From Mustelus asterias (Eukaryota), in assembly GCF_964213995.1 (NCBI RefSeq), contig NW_027590593.1:62001-126000 (forward strand): a stretch of DNA of 64,000 bases. Reading direction: 5' to 3'. Within the stretch, counting starts at the first letter, position 1. Every line of letters begins with the position of its first letter. This document shows positions 52,601-64,000 of the stretch, one piece after another. The translations under genes were made by a program, and so were the position numbers. Below the pieces are notes generated by a model, which was not told where the DNA came from, made no database searches, and saw only the letters and a list, made by a program, of their open reading frames with translations.

Positions 52601-55600
52601 TTTACAAACTCCCCTGGTTTACACACTCCCCTGGTTTACACATTCCCCTGATTTACAAACTCCCCTGGTTTACAAACTCCCCTGGTTTACACACTCCCCT
52701 GGTTTACACACACCCCTGGTTTACACACTCCCCTGGTTTACACACTCCCCTGGTTTACAAACTCCCCTGGTTTACACACTCCCCTGGTTTACACAATCCC
52801 CTGGTTTACACACTCCCCTGGTTTACTCACTCCCCTGGTTTACACACACCCCTGGTTTACACACTCCCCTGGTTTGCACACTCCCCTGGTTTACAAACTC
52901 CCCTGGTTTGCACACTCCCCTGGTTTACTCACGCCCCTGGTTTACACACTCCCCTGGTTTACACACTCCCCTGGTTTGCACAGTCCCCTGGTTTGCACAC
53001 TCCCCTGGTTTACAAACACCCCTGGTTTACACACTCCCCTGGTTTACAAACTCCCCTGGTTTACACACTCCCCTGGTTTGCACACTCCCCTGGTTTACAA
53101 ACACCCCTGGTTTACACACTCCCCTGGTTTACAAACTCCCCTGGTTTACAAACTCCCCTGGTTTGCACACTCCCCTGGTTTGCACACTCCCCTGGTTTAC
53201 AAACTCCCCTGGTTTACACACTCCCCTGGTTTGCACACTCCCCTGGTTTGCACACTCCCCTGGTTTACAAACACCCCTGGTTTACACACTCCCCTGGTTT
53301 ACACACTCCCCTGGTTTACAAACTCCCCTGGTTTACAAACTCCCCTGGTTTGCACACTCCCCTGGTTTACACACTCCCCTGGTTTACACACTCCCCTGGT
53401 TTACACACTCCCCTGGTTTGCACACTCCCCTGGTTTACACATTCCCCTGGTTTACACACACCCCTGGTTTACACACTCCCCTGGTTTACACACTCCCCTG
53501 GTTTACACACTCCCCTGGTTTACACATTCCCCTGGTTTACACACTCCCCTGGTTTACACACTCCCCTGGTTTACAAACTCCCCTGGTTTGCACACTCCCC
53601 TGGTTTGCACACTCCCCTGGTTTACAAACTCCCCTGGTTTACACACTCCCCTGGTTTACACACTCCCCTGGTTTACACACTCCCCTGGTTTACTCACTCC
53701 CCTGGTTTACACACTCCCCTGGTTTACACACTCCCCTGCTTTACAAACTCCCCTGGTTTACACACTCCCCTGGTTTACACACTCCCCTGATTTACACAGT
53801 CCCCTGGTTTACACACTCCCCTGGTTTACACATTCCCCTGGTTTACACACACCCCTGGTTTACACACTCCCCTGGTTTACACACTGCCCTGGTTTACACA
53901 CACCCCTGGTTTACACACACCCCTGGTTTACACACTCCCCTGGTTTACACATTCCCCTGGTTTACACACTCCCCTGGTTTACACACTCCCCTGGTTTACA
54001 CACTCCCCTGGTTGACACATTCCCCTGGTTTACACACTCCCCTGGTTTACACACTCCCCTGGTTTACAAACTCCCCTGGTTTGCACACTCCCCTGGTTTG
54101 CACACTCCCCTGGTTTACAAACTCCCCTGGTTTACAAACTCCCCTGGTTTACAAACTCCCCTGGTTTGCACACTCCCCTGGTTTACACACTCCCCTGGTT
54201 TACACACTCCCCTGGTTTGCACACTCCCCTGGTTTACACACTCCCCTGGTTTGCACACTGCCCTGGTTTACACACTCCCCTGGTTTACACACTCCCCTGG
54301 TTTACACACTCCCCTGGTTTCCACAATCCCCTGGTTTACACACTCCCCTGGTTTACTCACTCCCCTGGTTTACACACTCCCCTGGTTTACACACTCGCCT
54401 GGTTTACAAACTCCCCTGGTTTACAAACTCCCCTGGTTTACACAATCCCCTGGTTTACACACTCCCCTGGTTTACTCACTCCCCTGGTTTACACATTCCC
54501 CTGGTTTACACACTCCCCTGGTTTACACACTCCCCTGGTTTACACAATCCCCTGGTTTACACACTCCCCTGGTTTACACACTCCCCTGGTTTACAAACTC
54601 CCCTGGTTTACTCACTCCCCTGGTTTACACACTCCCCTGGTTTACACAATCCCCTGGTTTACACACTCCCCTGGTTTACACACTCCCCTGCTTTACACAC
54701 TCCCCTGCTTTACAAACTCCCCTGGTTTACACACTCCCCTGGTTTGCACACTCCCCTGGTTTACACACACCCCTGGTTTACACACTCCCCTGGTTTACAC
54801 ACTCCCCAGGTTTACACAATCCCCTGATTTACACATTCCCCTGGTTTACACACACCCCTGGTTTACACACTCCCCTGGTTTACACAATCCCCTGATTTAC
54901 ACATTCCCCTGGTTTACACACTCCCCTGGTTTACACACTCCCCTGGTTTACACACTGCCCTGGTTTACACACTCCCCTGATTTACACACTCCCCTGGTTT
55001 ACACACTCCCCTGGTTTACACACTCCCCTGGTTTACACAATCCCCTGGTTTACACACACCCCTGGTTTACACACTCCCCTGGTTTACACACTCCCCTGGT
55101 TTGCACACTCCCCTGGTTTACACACACCCCTGGTTTACACACTCCCCTGGTTTACACACTCCCCTGGTTTACACACTCCCCTGGTTTACACACTCCCCTG
55201 GTTTACACACTCCCCTGGTTTACACACACCCCTGGTTTACACACACCCCTGGTTTACTCACTCCCCTGGTTTACACACACCCCTGGTTTACACACTCCCC
55301 TGGTTTACACACACCCCTGGTTTGCACACTCCCCTGGTTTACACACTCCCCTGGTTTGCACACGCCCCTGGTTTACACACTCCCCTGGTTTACACACTCC
55401 CCTGGTTTGCACAGTCCCCTGGTTTGCACACTCCCCTGGTTTACAAACACCACTGGTTTACACACTCCCCTGGTTTACAAACTCCCCTGGTTTACACACT
55501 CCCCTGGTTTGCACACTCCCCTGGTTTACAAACACCCCTGGTTTACACACTCCCCTGGTTTACAAACTCCCCTGGTTTACAAACTCCCCTGGTTTGCACA

Positions 55601-58600
55601 CTCCCCTGGTTTGCACACTCCCCTGGTTTACAAACTCCCCTGGTTTACACACTCCCCTGGTTTGCACACTCCCCTGGTTTGCACACTCCCCTGGTTTACA
55701 AACACCCCTGGTTTACACACTCCCCTGGTTTACACACTCCCCTGGTTTACAAACTCCCCTGGTTTACAAACTCCCCTGGTTTGCACACTCCCCTGGTTTA
55801 CACACTCCCCTGGTTTACACACTCCCCTGGTTTACACACTCCCCTGGTTTGCACACTCCCCTGGTTTACACATTCCCCTGGTTTACACACACCCCTGGTT
55901 TACACACTCCCCTGGTTTACACACTCCCCTGGTTTACACACTCCCCTGGTTTACACATTCCCCTGGTTTACACACTCCCCTGGTTTACACACTCCCCTGG
56001 TTTACAAACTCCCCTGGTTTGCACATTCCCCTGGTTTGCACACTCCCCTGGTTTACAAACTCCCCTGGTTTACACACTCCCCTGGTTTACACACTCCCCT
56101 GGTTTACACACTCCCCTGGTTTACTCACTCCCCTGGTTTACACACTCCCCTGGTTTACACACTCCCCTGCTTTACAAACTCCCCTGGTTTACACACTCGC
56201 CTGGTTTACACACTCCCCTGATTTACACAGTCCCCTGGTTTACACACTCCCCTGGTTTACACATTCCCCTGGTTTACACACACCCCTGGTTTACACACTC
56301 CCCTGGTTTACACACTGCCCTGGTTTACACACACCCCTGGTTTACACACACCCCTGGTTTACACACTCCCCTGGTTTACACATTCCCCTGGTTTACACAC
56401 TCCCCTGGTTTACACACTCCCCTGGTTGACACATTCCCCTGGTTTACACACTCCCCTGGTTTACACACTCCCCTGGTTTACAAACTCCCCTGGTTTGCAC
56501 ACTCCCCTGGTTTGCACACTCCCCTGGTTTACAAACTCCCCTGGTTTACAAACTCCCCTGGTTTACAAACTCCCCTGGTTTGCACACTCCCCTGGTTTAC
56601 AAACTCCCCTGGTTTACACACTCCCCTGGTTTACACACTCCCCTGGTTTACACACTCCCCTGGTTTGCACACTCCCCTGGTTTACACACTCCCCTGTTTT
56701 GCACACTGCCCTGGTTTACACACTCCCCTGGTTTACACACTCCCCTGGTTTACACACTCCCCTGGTTTCCACAATCCCCTGGTTTACACACTCCCCTGGT
56801 TTACTCACTCCCCTGGTTTACACACTCCCCTGGTTTACACACTCCCCTGGTTTACAAACTCCCCTGGTTTACACACTCCCCTGGTTTACACAATCCCCTG
56901 GTTTACACACTCCCCTGGTTTACTCACTCCCCTGGTTTACACATTCCCCTGGTTTACACACTCCCCTGGTTTACACACTCCCCTGGTTTACACAATCCCC
57001 TGGTTTACACACTCCCCTGGTTTACACACTCCCCTGGTTTACTCACTCCCCTAGTTTACACACTCCCCTGGTTTACACAATCCCCTGGTTTACACACTCC
57101 CCTGGTTTACACACTCCCCTGCTTTACACACTCCCCTGCTTTACAAACTCCCCTGGTTTACACACTCCCCTGTTTTGCACACTCCCCTGGTTTACACACA
57201 CCCCTGGTTTACACACTCCCCTGGTTTACACACTCCCCTGGTTTACACAATCCCCTGATTTACACATTCCCCTGGTTTACACACACCCCTGGTTTACACA
57301 CTCCCCTGGTTTACACAATCCCCTGATTTACACATTCCCCTGGTTTACACACTCCCCTGGTTTACACACTCCCCTGGTTTACACACTGCCCTGGTTTACA
57401 CACTCCCCTGATTTACACACTCCCCTGGTTTACACACTCCCCTGGTTTACACACTCCCCTGGTTTACACACTCCCCTGGTTTACACAATCCCCTGGTTTA
57501 CACACACCCCTGGTTTACACACTCCCCTGGTTTACACACTCCCCTGGTTTACACACTCCCCTGGTTTGCACACTCCCCTGGTTTACACACACCCCTGGTT
57601 TACACACTCCCCTGGTTTACACACTCCCCTGGTTTACACACTCCCCTGGTTTACACACTCCCCTGGTTTACACACTCCCCTGGTTTACACACACCCCTGG
57701 TTTACTCACTCCCCTGGTTTACACACACCCCTGGTTTACACACTCCCCTGGTTTACACACACCCCTGGTTTGCACACTCCCCTGATTTCCACACTCCCCT
57801 GGTTTGCACACTCCCCTGGTTTACACACTCCCCTGGTTTCCACACTCCCCTGGTTTACACACTCCCCTGGTTTACACACTCCCCTGGTTTGCACACTCCC
57901 CTTGTTTACACACTCCCCTGGTTTGCACACTGCCCTGGTTTACACACTCCCCTGGTTTACACACTCCCCTGGTTTACACACTCCCCTGGTTTCCACAATC
58001 CCCTGGTTTACACACTCCCCTGGTTTACTCACTCCCCTGGTTTACACACTCCCCTGGTTTACACACTCCCCTGGTTTACAAACTCCCCTGGTTTACACAC
58101 TCCCCTGGTTTACACAATCCCCTGGTTTACACAATCCCCTGGTTTACACACTCCCCTGGTTTACTCACTCCCCTGGTTTACACATTCCCCTGGTTTACAC
58201 ACTCCCCTGGTTTACACAATCCCCTGGTTTACACACTCCCCTGGTTTACACATTCCCCTGGTTTACACACTCCCCTGGTTTACAAACTCCCCTGGTTTAC
58301 TCACTCCCCTGGTTTACACATTCCCCTGGTTTACTCACTCCCCTGGTTTACACACTCCCCTGGTTTACACAATCCCCTGGTTTACACACTCCCCTGGTTT
58401 ACACACTCCCCTGCTTTACACACTCCCCTGCTTTACAAACTCCCCTGGTTTACACACTCCCCTGGTTTGCACACTCCCCTGGTTTACACACTCCCCTGGT
58501 TTACACACTCCCCTGGTTTACACACTCCCCTGGTTTACACAATCCCCTGATTTACACATTCCCCTGGTTTACACACACCCCTGGTTTACACACTCCCCTG

Positions 58601-61600
58601 GTTTACACAATCCCCTGATTTACACATTCCCCTGGTTTACACACTCCCCTGGTTTACACACTCCCCTGGTTTACACACTGCCCTGGTTTACACACTCCCC
58701 TGATTTACACACTCCCCTGGTTTACACACTCCCCTGGTTTACACACTCCCCTGGTTTACACACTCCCCTGGTTTACACACTCCCCTGGTTTACACAATCC
58801 CCTGGTTTACACACACCCCTGGTTTACACACTCCCCTGGTTTACACACTCCCCTGGTTTGCACACTCCCCTGGTTTACACACACCCCTGGTTTACACACT
58901 CCCCTGGTTTACACACTCCCCTGGTTTACACACTCCCCTGGTTTACACACTCCCCTGGTTTACACACACCCCTGGTTTACACACACCCCTGGTTTACTCA
59001 CTCCCCTGGTTTACACACACCCATGGTTTACACACTCCCCTGGTTTACACACACCCCTGGTTTGCACACTCCCCTGGTTTACACACTCCCCTGGTTTGCA
59101 CACGCCCCTGGTTTACACACTCCCCTGGTTTACACACTCCCCTGGTTTGCACAGTCCCCTGGTTTGCACACTCCCCTGGTTTACAAACACCCCTGGTTTA
59201 CACACTCCCCTGGTTTACAAACTCCCCTGGTTTACACACTCCCCTGGTTTGCACACTCCCCTGGTTTACAAACACCCCTGGTTTACACACTCCCCTGGTT
59301 TACAAACTCCCCTGGTTTACAAACTCCCCTGGTTTGCACACTCCCCTGGTTTGCACACTCCCCTGGTTTACAAACTCCCCTGGTTTACACACTCCCCTGG
59401 TTTGCACACTCCCCTGGTTTGCACACTCCCCTGGTTTACAAACACCCCTGGTTTACACACTCCCCTGGTTTACACACTCCCCTGGTTTACAAACTCCCCT
59501 GGTTTACAAACTCCCCTGGTTTGCACACTCCCCTGGTTTACACACTCCCCTGGTTTACACACTCCCCTGGTTTACACACTCCCCTGGTTTGCACACTCCC
59601 CTGGTTTACACATTCCCCTGGTTTACACACACCCCTGGTTTACACACTCCCCTGGTTTACACACTCCCCTGGTTTACACACTCCCCTGGTTTACACATTC
59701 CCCTGGTTTACACACTCCCCTGGTTTACACACTCCCCTGGTTTACAAACTCCCCTGGTTTGCACACTCCCCTGGTTTGCACACTCCCCTGGTTTACAAAC
59801 TCCCCTGGTTTACACACTCCCCTGGTTTACACACTCCCCTGGTTTACACACTCCCCTGGTTTACTCACTCCCCTGGTTTACACACTCCCCTGGTTTACAC
59901 ACTCCCCTGCTTTACAAACTCCCCTGGTTTACACACTCGCCTGGTTTACACACTCCCCTGATTTACACAGTCCCCTGGTTTACACACTCCCCTGGTTTAC
60001 ACATTCCCCTGAATTACACACACCCCTGGTTTACACACTCCCCTGGTTTACACACTGCCCTGGTTTACACACACCCCTGGTTTACACACACCCCTGGTTT
60101 ACACACTCCCCTGGTTTACACATTCCCCTGGTTTACACACTCCCCTGGTTTACACACTCCCCTGGTTTACACACTCCCCTGGTTGACACATTCCCCTGGT
60201 TTACACACTCCCCTGGTTTACACACTCCCCTGGTTTACAAACTCCCCTGGTTTGCACACTCCCCTGGTTTGCACACTCCCCTGGTTTACAAACTCCCCTG
60301 GTTTACAAACTCCCCTGGTTTACAAACTCCCCTGGTTTGCACACTCCCCTGGTTTACAAACTCCCCTGGTTTACACACTCCCCTGGTTTACACACTCCCC
60401 TGGTTTGCACACTCCCCTGGTTTACACACTCCCCTGGTTTGCACACTGCCCTGGTTTACACACTCCCCTGGTTTACACACTCCCCTGGTTTACACACTCC
60501 CCTGGTTTCCACAATCCCCTGGTTTACACACTCCCCTGGTTTACTCACTCCCCTGGTTTACACACTCCCCTGGTTTACACACTCCCCTGGTTTACAAACT
60601 CCCCTGGTTTACACACTCCCCTGGTTTACACAATCCCCTGGTTTACACACTCCCCTGGTTTACTCACTCCCCTGGTTTACACATTCCCCTGGTTTACACA
60701 CTCCCCTGGTTTACACACTCCCCTGGTTTACACAATCCCCTGGTTTACACACTCCCCTGGTTTACACACTCCCCTGGTTTACAAACTCCCCTGGTTTACT
60801 CACTCCCCTGGTTTACACACTCCCCTGGTTTACACAATCCCCTGGTTTACACACTCCCCTGGTTTACACACTCCCCTGCTTTACACACTCCCCTGCTTTA
60901 CAAACTCCCCTGGTTTACACACTCCCCTGTTTTGCACACTCCCCTGGTTTACACACACCCCTGGTTTACACACTCCCCTGGTTTACACACTCCCCTGGTT
61001 TACACAATCCCCTGATTTACACATTCCCCTGGTTTACACACACCCCTGGTTTACACACTCCCCTGGTTTACACAATCCCCTGATTTACACATTCCCCTGG
61101 TTTACACACTCCCCTGGTTTACACACTCCCCTGGTTTACACACTGCCCTGGTTTACACACTCCCCTGGTTTACACACTCCCCTGGTTTACACACTCCCCT
61201 GGTTTACACACTCCCCTGGTTTACACACTCCCCTGGTTTACACAATCCCCTGGTTTACACACACCCCTGGTTTACACACTCCCCTGGTTTACACACTCCC
61301 CTGGTTTGCACACTCCCCTGGTTTACACACACCCCTGGTTTACACACTCCCCTGGTTTACACACTCCCCTGGTTTACACACTCCCCTGGTTTACACACTC
61401 CCCTGGTTTACACACACCCCTGGTTTACACACACCCCTGGTTTACTCACTCCCCTGGTTTTCACACACCCCTGGTTTACACACTCCCCTGGTTTACACAC
61501 ACCCCTGGTTTGCACACTCCCCTGGTTTACACACTCCCCTGGTTTGCACACTCCCCTGGTTTACACACTCCCCTGGTTTCCACACTCCCCTGGTTTACAC

Positions 61601-64000
61601 ACTCCCCTGGTTTACACACTCCCCTGATTTACACACTCCCCTGGTTTACACACTCCCCTGGTTTACACACTCCCCTGGTTTGCACACTCCCCTGGTTTAC
61701 ACACTCCCCTGGTTGGCACACACCCTGGTTTACACACACCCCTGGTTTACATACACCCCTGATTTACACACACCCCTGGTTTACACACTCCCCTGGTTTA
61801 CACACTCCCCTGGTTTACACACTCCCCTGGTTTACACACACCCCTGGTTTACACACACCCCTGATTTACACACACCCCTGGTTTACACACTCCCCTGGTT
61901 TACACACACCCCTGATTTACACACTCCCCTGATTTACACACTCCCCTGGTTTGCACACTCCCCTGGTTTACACACACCCCTGGTTTACACACACCCCTGA
62001 TTTACACACTCCCCTGGTTTACACACTCCCCTGATTTACACATACCCCTGGTTTACACACTCCCCTGGTTTACACACTCCCCTGGTTTACACACTCCCCT
62101 GGTTTACACACTCCCCTGGTTTACACACTCCCCTGATTTATACACTCCCCTGGTTTACACACTCCCCTGGTTTAGACACTCCCCTGGTTTACACACACCC
62201 CTGGTTTACACACTCCCCTGGTTTACACACTCCCCTGGTTTACACACACCCCTGGTTTACACACTCCCCTGGTTTACACACTCCCCTGGTTTACACACAC
62301 CCCTGGTTTACACACTCCCCTGGTTTACACACTCCCCTGGTTTACACACTCCCCTGGTTTACACACACCCCTGGTTTACACACTCCCCTGGTTAACACAC
62401 TCCCCTGGTTTACACACACCCCTGGTTTACACACTCCCCTGGTTTACACACTCCCCTGGTTTACACACTCCCCTGGTTTACACACTCCCCTGGTTTACAC
62501 ACACCCCTGGTTTACACACTCCCCTGGTTTACACACTCCCCTGGTTTACACACACCCCTGGTTTACACACTCCCCTGGTTTACACACACCCCTGGTTTCC
62601 ACACTCCCCTGGTTTACACACTCCCCTGGTTTACACACTCCCCTGGTTTAGACACTCCCCTGGTTTACTCACACCCCTGGTTTACACACTCCCCTGGTTT
62701 ACACACTCCCCTGGTTTAGACACTCCCCTGGTTTACACACACCCCTGGTTTACACACACCCCTGGTTTACACACTCCCCTGGTTTACACACTCCCCTGGT
62801 TTAAACACTCCCCTGGTTTACACACTCCCCTGGTTTACACACTCCCCTGGTTTACACACACCCCTGGTTTACACACACCCCTGGTTTACACACTCCCCTG
62901 GTTTAGACACTCCCCTGGTTTACACACTCCCCTGGTTTACACACTCCCCTGGTTTACACACACCCCTGGTTTACACACACCCCTGGTTTACACACTCCCC
63001 TGGTTTACACAATCCCCTGGTTTACACACTCCCCTGGTTTACACACTCCCCTGGTTTACACATTCCCCTGATTTACACACTCCCCTGGTTTACACACACC
63101 CCTGGTTTACACACTCCCCTGGTTTACACATTCCCCTGATTTACACACTCCCCTGGTTTACACACTCCCCTGGTTTACACACACCCCTGATTTACACACT
63201 CCCCTGATTTACACACTCCCCTGGTTTACACACTCCCCTGGTTTACACATTCCCCTGATTTACACACTCCCCTGGTTTACACACTCCCCTGGTTTACTCA
63301 CTGCCCTGGTTTACACATTCCCCTGATTTACACACACCCCTGGTTTACACACTCCCCTGGTTTACACACACCCCTGGTTTACACACTCCCCTGGTTTACT
63401 CACTCCCCTGGTTTACACACTCCCCTGGTTTACACACTCCCCTGGTTTACAAACTCCCCTGGTTTACACACTCCCATGGTTTACACACTCCCCTGATTTA
63501 CAAACTCCCCTGGTTTACACACTCCCCTGGTTTACACATTCCCCTGATTTACACACACCCCTGGTTTACACACTCCCCTGGTTTACACACTCACCTGGTT
63601 TTCACACTCCCCTGGTTTACAAACTCCCCTGGTTTACACACTCCCCTGGTTTACACATTCCCCTGATTTACAAACTCCCCTGGTTTTCACACACCCCGGG
63701 TTTACACACTCCCCTGGTTTACACACTCCCCTGGTTTACACACTCCCCTGGTTTACACATTCCACTGGTTTACACACTCCCCTGGTTTACACACTCCCCT
63801 GGTTTACAAACTCCCCTGGTTTGCACACTCCCCTGGTTTGCACACTCCCCTGGTTTACAAACTCCCCTGGTTTACACACTCCCCTGGTTTACACACTCCC
63901 CTGGTTTACACACTCCCCTGGTTTACACACTCCCCTGGTTTACACACTCCCCTGGTTTACTCACTCCCCTGGTTTACACACTCCCCTGGTTTACACACAC
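31676..64000. repeat. 17-bp satellite array of at least 32.3 kb (about 1,900 monomers), running off the window
   Basis: Uninterrupted head-to-tail CTCCCCTGGTTTACACA with recurrent single-base variants and occasional 15-, 16- and 19-bp units. Confidence 0.99.

Noticed and set aside
31660-62000. Very long ORFs (up to 2032 aa) with a 17-aa repeat
   Set aside because: They arise from a stop-free 17-bp monomer; the same peptide appears in all three frames, starts are mostly non-ATG, and 15/16/19-bp units shift frames freely
31676-64000. CRISPR array, telomeric repeat or CENP-B box
   Set aside because: No unique spacers and no cas genes; the unit is not TTAGGG; the 17-bp length matches a CENP-B box but the TTCG and CGGG core positions are absent

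Overview
Eukaryotic DNA, most likely cartilaginous fish (inferred from HE1/V-SINE-like SINEs, the CR1 families and the H1/H2B sequences). The first 31 kb hold a replication-dependent histone cluster: H1(+), H4(+), H3.2(+), a broken H2A(-) and H2B(-). The four intact genes each have a 3' stem-loop. The cluster is flanked by two copies of a duplicated block (1-~7.1 kb and 19.86-30.5 kb) that differ by clean CR1 insertions. Other mobile DNA includes Penelope-like elements with inverted termini and minimal hammerhead-ribozyme motifs, a solo LTR, tRNA-derived SINEs and a Rex1/Babar-like RT fragment. From 31.68 kb to the window end lies a 17-bp satellite (CTCCCCTGGTTTACACA, about 1,900 monomers) with kb-scale internal duplications. 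The same repeat is only about 20 clean units at the paralogous site (6.7-7.1 kb), so both the short and the expanded state are visible. The very long ORFs over the satellite are artefacts of a stop-free monomer. All alignments were made by eye and coordinates of old repeats are approximate.
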